A stretch of DNA of 64,000 bases from Bugula neritina (lineage: Eukaryota > Animalia > Bryozoa). The stretch is from positions 18,630,259 to 18,694,258 of the forward strand of contig OZ037767.1 of NCBI GenBank assembly GCA_964035545.1, given 5' to 3'. A program made the position numbers and the translations under genes. Below the pieces are notes generated by a model. That model did no database searches. It was given only the letters and a program-made list of their open reading frames with translations, and was not told where the DNA came from. This document shows, in pieces, positions 56,257-64,000 of this stretch (position 1 is the stretch's first letter; each line of letters opens with the position of its first letter).

Positions 56257-56374
56257 CTCTAAAAATCCATGACAATTGTACAATAAAAGATATGCTTGTA
56301 GTTATGAAATAAAGTGCAGAAAAAATATTTTTTAATTTATTGAGTCTAAAATGTATAATAATTAAAAAAGAAGT

Positions 56375-56555
56375 TAGAGCCCTGGCTTAGTAATTGCAAG
56401 GCTAGTGGTTCGAATCCCAGTAAAAGCTATTGGTGATGTTTAGTAAAGCATTCAGTCATACTTGCTCTTTTGACATAATAAAAGAAAAAGATAGTCTTTA
56501 GCTCAATTTACCATCGTCCTTTCTATCAGGGATTCTTGCAGGGAAGGCAGCTATG
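56375..56555 (+). mobile_element. SINE family 1, degraded
   Basis: GGTTCGAATCCC B-box followed by TGGTGATGTT...CAGTCATA...TTCTATCAGGG. Confidence 0.6.
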
Positions 56556-56954
56556 GTAATTACTTTCAGCATATACATAGCTAAAAGACCATTGGCCCAG
56601 GCTTAGCAGAGTACGCCTGGTAACAGAATTTACTATTCTACCTTAGTCTAGATTTGTAAAGATTAGAACAAAACTCTCAAAGACTTTGCAAAAGTCTAAT
56701 GCTGGTACCTTGCTTTAAAGTGTTTGACAAAATTTCATAATTCAAGAAGCAAACTTTGTGGCTTTTGGGAAAAAATTTGCTACCTCAAAAATGGGGACAC
56801 AACTCAAATTCTTAATAACTGTATGGCATATCTATGTTTAAACTATGTTTCAATATTAGGCATTATAAAATCTAGAAAATTTTACAATAGTTATGTAATT
56901 GTAGTGTTGAGTTTGCCCAGTGGCCCCTGTGGTGTAATTGTTTGCAAGCAGGAA

Positions 56955-57084
<130 letters not shown>

Positions 57085-57538
57085 CCCAGAGAGCTAAATC
57101 AAATTATTGTATAAAAGTGCAAAATATTTTATTATAAAGTTACTCTTTCAATGATGAACTACTTCAAGCAAATATTTGGCTCCATTTATTTTATAAGAAA
57201 ATATTAACACATTTTAAAAAAGTGCCAACTGGGAAACAAAGCATAGATAACAAAGACTTTGCTAGATTGATTTTCTAAAGGATAGAAATAAATTTAGTCA
57301 ACAATTAGCTTTAATATATTAAAAAAATTTAATAGAAAAATGACATGGTCTAGCATAGAATTATAACGAGCTGAAAATATGGCTATATTTCAATAGAACT
57401 TGTATTTCATTAATAGTCAGTCACTATAGCTAACAGTCCTTAGATTATGTTAGGGGGAGTAAAGCTAAGACTCCACAATAACACTGCATAGTAGAGCATT
57501 CTTGTAAAATAGCTGCCTGTTATATGTTTTTATGTGAC

Positions 57539-57583
<45 letters not shown>

Positions 57584-57668
57584 CATATACATATATATAC
57601 ACACACATATCATAGTCAGTATAATCATTCAAGTAATCATCAACAATATAATCATCTTCTGTGATTTA

Positions 57669-58468
57669 TTAGATGGTAGTTGTGATCTCCTTCATCTTAT
57701 CATTACATGCATCTTCATCACAATGACATCTAAGATGTTCAATTCCATCATTAACAAATGGATTCACTATTTTCTCACAATCATCTCCCTCTAAGTTGGC
57801 TGGGGCAAAACTGCATCCTCTGTGGTAGGTTGTGGTGTCTCCATTTACTTCTAAAAGTTGATAAAAATGGTAGAATATGTAAATAATAATTCTTCTCTAG
57901 TGAACTTAGAGTAATTTTGAAATATTTATTTAATTTAAACACCACGGAGACATTATGCATGTTTGTTTTAAAACATTTTTAACATGATTGCAAAAACATA
58001 TCATTTGTTGCAAATAAATTTAGTGATATTTCATATATCAGAAAAGCAATGGTGAGAATTATGTTATAACAAATACAAATTTTTATTTTATTGACATATT
58101 TTATTCAATCCTGATGGATAAAATTTTATGAAAAGCGTTGCTAGAGTTAATACCTTCAGTGATGTAGCAGGCAGTCAAGTAGCTAGCACATTCAGACAGA
58201 TCATCTTCATTAGCTTCAGCTGCACAGTCAGTACATTGGTAACACTTGATGGCGTTTGTGCTTGCAAGAGTTGCTGTGAAAAGCAGTAAAGTACAAAAAT
58301 AATTTTTTTAATTTTCGCCAGTAATATGAATCAAAGTTTTTCAAAAAGTCATGCTGTCAAAACTTATTAATTTCTCTTAGATACCATTCAAATTTTCAAC
58401 AGTAATAATATTTAGAATATATCAGCAAACCTACCAACAAAGAGAGCGAGTAGAAGTAGCTTGTTCAT
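57669..58468 (-). CDS. B4: secreted acidic three-finger protein
   Basis: Exons 58468-58435 (MNKLLLLALFV), 58273-58154 (ATLASTNA-IKCYQCTDC..SEC..TACYITE) and 57850-57669 (EVNGDTTTYHRGC..DDCEKIVNPFVNDGIEHLRCHCDEDACNDKMKEITTTI*). Confidence 0.92.
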
Positions 58469-59416
58469 CTTGTCTGGTATTCTGTAGAATGTCTTCTCAG
58501 TGAATGATAATATTCTGTTTCTCACCAACTTATATACTGATTCAATCTGCACACAGTTTCTTTAGAAGTCATGTTATTATGTAACCAACTTTCTATAAAC
58601 ACATGTATATGATATATTTATATTATGTAATATAAAATTGTATGTATATACCAGCAGCTAAAATGAGTTCTGACATAGATTACTATCAGTTCTTCACTAA
58701 TCTTAAAGATGAAAGCTCTTGAAATGATAAAATAACTTTTATATTTTGGTTCATTATAATTAGTTTTTTATATAAAAGAATATATGCAATTATATGTACC
58801 AGGAACTATAAAAACTATGTTCTCTATAATCTTGAAGCATTAGCTACCAGCATGCCTTCACTAATCTAAAAGATGAAAGCTCTTGCAATGTCAAAACACA
58901 TCCTGTATCAATTAGCTAAATTTAGGTTTGACGCAGTGTCCTTGATAGCATGCAAAGACATATTTTATCAAATAAATAATACTATTTTGCTATTTTGATA
59001 ATCATTTTTTTGTACGTGGTTTTGTTATTTTAGAATTAGCATGTTTATTACATTTGAAAAAATTATTATAGATTTTTAATATCCTTTATTTGCAAAACCA
59101 ACTGCTAATTTCAAAAGACTACTTAGGCTACTAGCTGTAGTTGTGCAATACATAATTGCGGTTTTCTCAAAATACATTTAGGCATTATTTCTAGCCTTAA
59201 GTAGTTTTGTTTCAAAACTATAAATGAAAACCCTACATATGTCAGTATACGATGAACTTTTCTAAGTATTTCGGTGAAAGCATTTAATTTTTATTTCTTT
59301 TCGATCATTACTTTTCATGCACATCGAAATATTGAGCAAAAGTTTCATCAAATCACTTATATGCTAACACAATTGATAACAATACTTATATGAAAATAAG
59401 CCGCAAGTTTTACTAT

Positions 59417-59569
59417 TATTATACTCGTACAAGTTTATAGTCACCATCTCTGCTGGATGCTGTTCGTAGCCAACATCATCAATGGCTTTTGTCTGAGCTT
59501 GAACCCTTAAGTTAATGCTTGCTAAGCAAATGCTCTAAAGTCTAACCCCTAAACCTCCACGGCTGTTCC
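59417..59569 (-). mobile_element. SINE family 1, internally deleted, with TSD
   Basis: 13-bp TSD CAAGTTTTACTAT at 59404-59416 and 59570-59582. Confidence 0.75.
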
Positions 59570-61384
59570 CAAGTTTTACTATCCTATACTGTGGTATTTA
59601 ATTTGCATGGAAAATGATATCACTTAGTATATAGACAGCATGATCTACCACGCTTATTTAACCAAAAATTGAGATAGAAATCACAATAGTATTATTATAA
59701 CTATAAAGTTTTTACTCCCTTTTACCATTTTGTTAAGCTATGTTGTTTTTGTAATAACTGCAAAAAATTCACAAACTATCAATTTTTAAAAGACTTTTCT
59801 TTGGTTATTACTGTAACGTTGAGTTTACCCAGTGACTTCTGTGATGTAATGGTTATAGTGCACCTGTTTGCCAACCAGAGTTCTCGAGTTTGAATCCCAC
59901 TAAAGACAAAAGTTATGTAGTTCTTGCATGTACAATTAAATTAAAATAGCAAATAGAAATTACTACTATAATACTTGTAGCAATCTGGGGTTGTACTAGG
60001 AAAGAAGGCCATTGCTTGAAGAAATATTGTCATAGAAAAAAAACATTGCAATCTAAGCTCATTAAAACGATGGCATTTAGCAGGGGTTGCTCACAACACA
60101 TCACATATGTAAGTTTAGTTGTATACAAAGTTGGTAGCTGTGAAACCTGTATTAGCTATGTTTTGATATAGTAACTATTTATGCTTTGACGTGCATGAAT
60201 TCTGTTGGTTAATTGCTATAATAACTGATAACTTCCTAAAATAGAACTTTTTCATGTACCTTGTATATATAACTTTTCAAATGACTTGTTACTCTTCATA
60301 CTTAACTTGTGACCTTTCAAGTACAACTTGTTCCTTTTTAGGTGTAACTTCTTGCTATTTTTAAGTGGCACAGTTTGGTCCTCAACAACTGTCTATATAT
60401 TGGTAAAACATTTATGTAGGCAGCTCAACTCTATTTTTCATTTATCAAAACTAAATCAGAGGGTGGTAATGATTCAACCTGCTAAATGTGCAATTAGTAT
60501 ATACTGTAGATTATTAATGAACTAAATTATGCTTGAAATTCTTTTTTTGAATTTGGTTTTCAAAATAACACCATGTTTCAATGCAATTTCATCCATGTAA
60601 TTTGTTAGAGTACAGTGTGGGGGCTTTAGCAACCCATTGTAAATAAAACATCAAGTGAATTCTACTTAATAAACAATCTGCATGCACAGTTATTAAAGTG
60701 ATGGAGTGGATTACTTCAAACAACTCACAGCCACATGCAAGCACCTTACCTAACAGGTCGCTTTAACTAAGGGAAACAGATTATACCCTGTTTGATAAGA
60801 ATATGGCACTTGCCCTAGAAGTTGAAAAAGGAACTGAGGAAAAAATTCTCAAAGCTTAGCCAATATTTTGGCAGCTGCATTTTACTGAAACATTTTTTTG
60901 TAAATTTTTTTTTACTTTGAAGCATATATAAAAGCATTGCATTTATAACAATTTTTGCATACATTGTATGTTGAAATTTAATTATATAATACACCACTTT
61001 AACGGCTAAACTTAGCAATTATGTTCATCACACACGCACTCTCACTCAGATATGTATAAACTTGTACATTCTCATATTTATTGTTGTAACTAAACTCTAA
61101 AGTACTAATGCAATAATATAATGAATCTCACCTTAGCGTACTTGGTAGTTTATATATGTTTGCCGTTTGTAGTTGTATTGAGTTCAGTTATTTGAATTTG
61201 CAGTACTTTAAAATTTCAAGACAATTTAAATTTCAGATTGCATTAAAGAGAAAAAGACAAAATAATAAATGAGATACAACAAATTTATTTGTAACATATG
61301 CTTTTAAATAAAAATAAATATCATATTATAGTCCATATAATAATTCAAGTCACGGTCAACAATATAATCATCTTATAGAATTTA

Positions 61385-61499
61385 TTAGACAGTAGTTGTG
61401 ATCTCCTTTATCTTATCATTTCATACATTACAATGACATCTAAGGTGTTCAATTTCATCATTAACAAATGGATTCACTATTTTCTCACAGTCATCTCCT
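61385..61499 (-). pseudogene. B5: truncated three-finger pseudogene (3' half of exon 3 plus 3' UTR)
   Basis: GDDCEKIVNPFVNDEIEHLRCHCNV* with a deletion; 3' UTR similar to B4/B6; exons 1-2 not found. Confidence 0.85.
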
Positions 61500-61845
61500 C
61501 TTTTTGCATGTAAGAAAAAGGCTTTATGGTTGTTGAATCTGGTTTTGAACGTAGTTGAACAGATTCCTATGTATGATTGGCTGGAGTTATTGTCATATAT
61601 TGTCACATGCAGTTGCTTGGTAAATTAAGGCTTTGTATAAGCATATAATTTACCATTTAATGGACAGTCGGAAGGTTGTTTACAGTTACATTGTGTGTCG
61701 TTAAGTTTAATAGTGGTAGTAGGAATGTGCGCAGTTTTAAGTTTGTGTTGGTTCGAGCCATCAATAATATTTTTTATGTTGGGCATACATGAGTACATAG
61801 TTTTTATGATCTTCCTATTACAAATTTTTAATATGTTGGCATCTT
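61500..61845 (-). mobile_element. Penelope-like retroelement fragment (GIY-YIG region)
   Basis: YSCMPNIKNII...CNCKQPSDCPLNGK and SYIGICSTTFKTRFNNHK motifs, characteristic of the Penelope RT-to-GIY-YIG linker and nuclease; frameshifted. Confidence 0.8.
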
Positions 61846-62972
61846 CACTATATATCACATTTAAAAATTTATAGCTCATGGTACACAGCAATAGCTGCTT
61901 GCTGTTTTATATCAGAGGGCTTATAAACTTCAAACATAGTAACATAGTATGTATATTATAGCTACAGCTGTATATAGTGTATAACTAGTATATAGTTATA
62001 ACTATAATATTTATGAGACAAAACTTAAAAAAAAATTATTCAACATAGTTCTGGTGCATCTTTTTGATACTTACTTTTATATACTTTTAATCATTACCAT
62101 TATATTTTCACAAACTTAGAAGACGTCATAGATACTTACATTCAAGGAGCTAAATAAATCTTTAAATACTATAATGGTGTGCTGAATCGAAATAATGTTA
62201 TATTAAATAATGATTATTTCAGACTTGATTAAAAGATTTGTACAACTTGGTTTTGCAAAATTTATTGAGTAAATGAATTTTCTTTAATCTGAAAATTTTT
62301 TCTGCTTCTAAAATAATTATGCAAATTTTAGATTGGAACTAATTCAACTTTTTATATGGCTTCAAACACTTAGCATAACATGTCAATTGAAATAATGAAT
62401 CATAATTTGGAGCTATAGAAACATTAACAGGTGAAACCCAGTTGATATTTTTGATTCAACTTTGTAGTTAAACTAGTATGTACTTTTGTAAAAAGCCAAT
62501 TTGAAAAAATAATCATGATGGTATTGCCGATATAATTTGTTTTTTTTTATTTCTAGAGGTTTGTGTAACTTGTTGGCTATATAAAAACATTTGGATCTTT
62601 ATTATAGTTAAAAATTATTTTCTGTGTTTGCTTTTGTAAGGGTTTAAATTAATAACATATTGATGAGCATCGTACATTGTATGTAAATATTTATCAGATC
62701 ATATTTTACTCAGCGACTGCTGTATATTATACACGAACACTCAAGTGACTATAACATTAGCTGAGAGAAACTTCTGAAAAATTGCCGGTTATTTTTCAAA
62801 TTGCAGACGAGTATAATTACTAGCATATATAAATTATATACAGTGAATGAAACAGAATATTAGATGCGATACAACAAATTTATTTGTAATTTCCTTTCAG
62901 ATAAACATAAATATCATAGTCCATATAATCGTTCAAGTCATCGTCAACAATATTATTAACTTCTGGAGTTTA

Positions 62973-63734
62973 TTAGATGGTAGTTGTGATCTCCTTCATC
63001 TTATCATTACATGCATCTTCATCACAATGACATCTAAGGTGTTCAATTCCATCATTAACAAATGGATTCACTATTTTCTCACAATCATCTGCCTCTAAGT
63101 TGGCTGGGGCAAAACTGCATCCTCTGTGATAGGTTGTGGTGTCTCCATTTACTTCTAAAAGTTGGTAAAAAAGGTAGAATGTGTATAAATAATAATTTTT
63201 CTCTAGTGAACTTAGGGTGATTTTAAAATCTTTGTTCAATTTATAATTACAAAGATGTTATATACTATGTTGTTTTTAAAACAATCTTAACATGATAGCA
63301 AAAATAAATTTTGTTGTAAATAAATTTACCAATATTGCATATTATAAATGCAATGTTGACAATTATTTTATATAATAATTAATACAGGCTTTAATTTTCC
63401 TAGAATTTATTTAATGATAATAAGGTGAAAGGTTATAAAAGAAGCTACTAGAATTACCTTCAGTGATGTAGCAGGCAGTCAAGTAGCTAGCACAATCTGA
63501 CAGATCATCTTCATTAGCTTCAGCTGCACAGTCAGTACATTGGTAACACTTGATGGCGTTTGTGCTTGCAAGAGTTGCTGTAAAAATCAATAAATTACCA
63601 CAATAATAATTTTCAGCCAAAGTAAAATATTTTTTGTCTACTGATGATATAATAAAAATTTAAAATAAGAAATTGTATATAAAAATGATAATAAACTTAC
63701 CAACAAAGAGAGCGAGTAGAAGTAGCTTGTTCAT
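62973..63734 (-). CDS. B6: secreted three-finger protein, near-identical to B4
   Basis: Exons 63734-63701, 63577-63458 and 63154-62973; differs from B4 at 2 aa (SDC vs SEC, LEA vs LEG). Confidence 0.92.
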
Positions 63735-64000
63735 CTTGTCTAGTATTCTGTAGAATGTCTTCTCAGTGAATGATAATATTCTGTCTCTCACCAACTTATA
63801 TACTGATTCACTCTGCACACAGTTCCTTTAGAAGTCATCTTGTTATGTAACCAACTTTCAATATAAACACATGTATATGATATAGTGTATGTATATGAAA
63901 CCAGCGGGACGATCAAGCTCTTTTATGGTTTAGCAGCGTTTATTCACTAATCTAAGTGATAAAAGCTTTGAAATAATATAATGCATCCTCTATTGTAGCC

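Overview
AT-rich, intron-containing animal (invertebrate-type) genomic DNA; the species cannot be determined from this sequence alone. The window holds two adjacent tandem gene clusters, which I reconstructed by hand from splice sites, plus many transposons. (1) At 1.1-39.8 kb are four minus-strand paralogues (A1-A4) of a type I single-pass membrane protein. Each has an 8-Cys ectodomain ending C-x3-C-x9-12-C-x3-C-x2-Y, reminiscent of Grindelwald/TACI-type TNF-receptor modules, and three of the four tails carry TRAF-type motifs (PTQES, PVQES, PSELED). (2) At 44.3-63.7 kb are five intact genes and one pseudogene for secreted, GPI-less 10-Cys three-finger (Ly6/uPAR/quiver-like) proteins (B1-B6). 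The standout is B2 (50233-52456, +). Its third finger carries a ~320-aa GLGNFNLSS repeat insertion with about 20 N-glycosylation sequons, bracketed and subdivided by four KR sites. This gives a proinsulin-like design that would release three repeat peptides and leave a two-chain, disulfide-linked three-finger protein. Mobile elements are: a full-length RTE-clade LINE with an 11-bp TSD; a full-length Ty3/gypsy element (264-bp LTRs, tRNA-Leu PBS, an extra zinc-finger/coiled-coil ORF) inserted into a foldback element; several TIR elements, some nested; a Penelope fragment; two tRNA-derived SINE families; and very long microsatellites. All gene models are manual predictions without transcript support.
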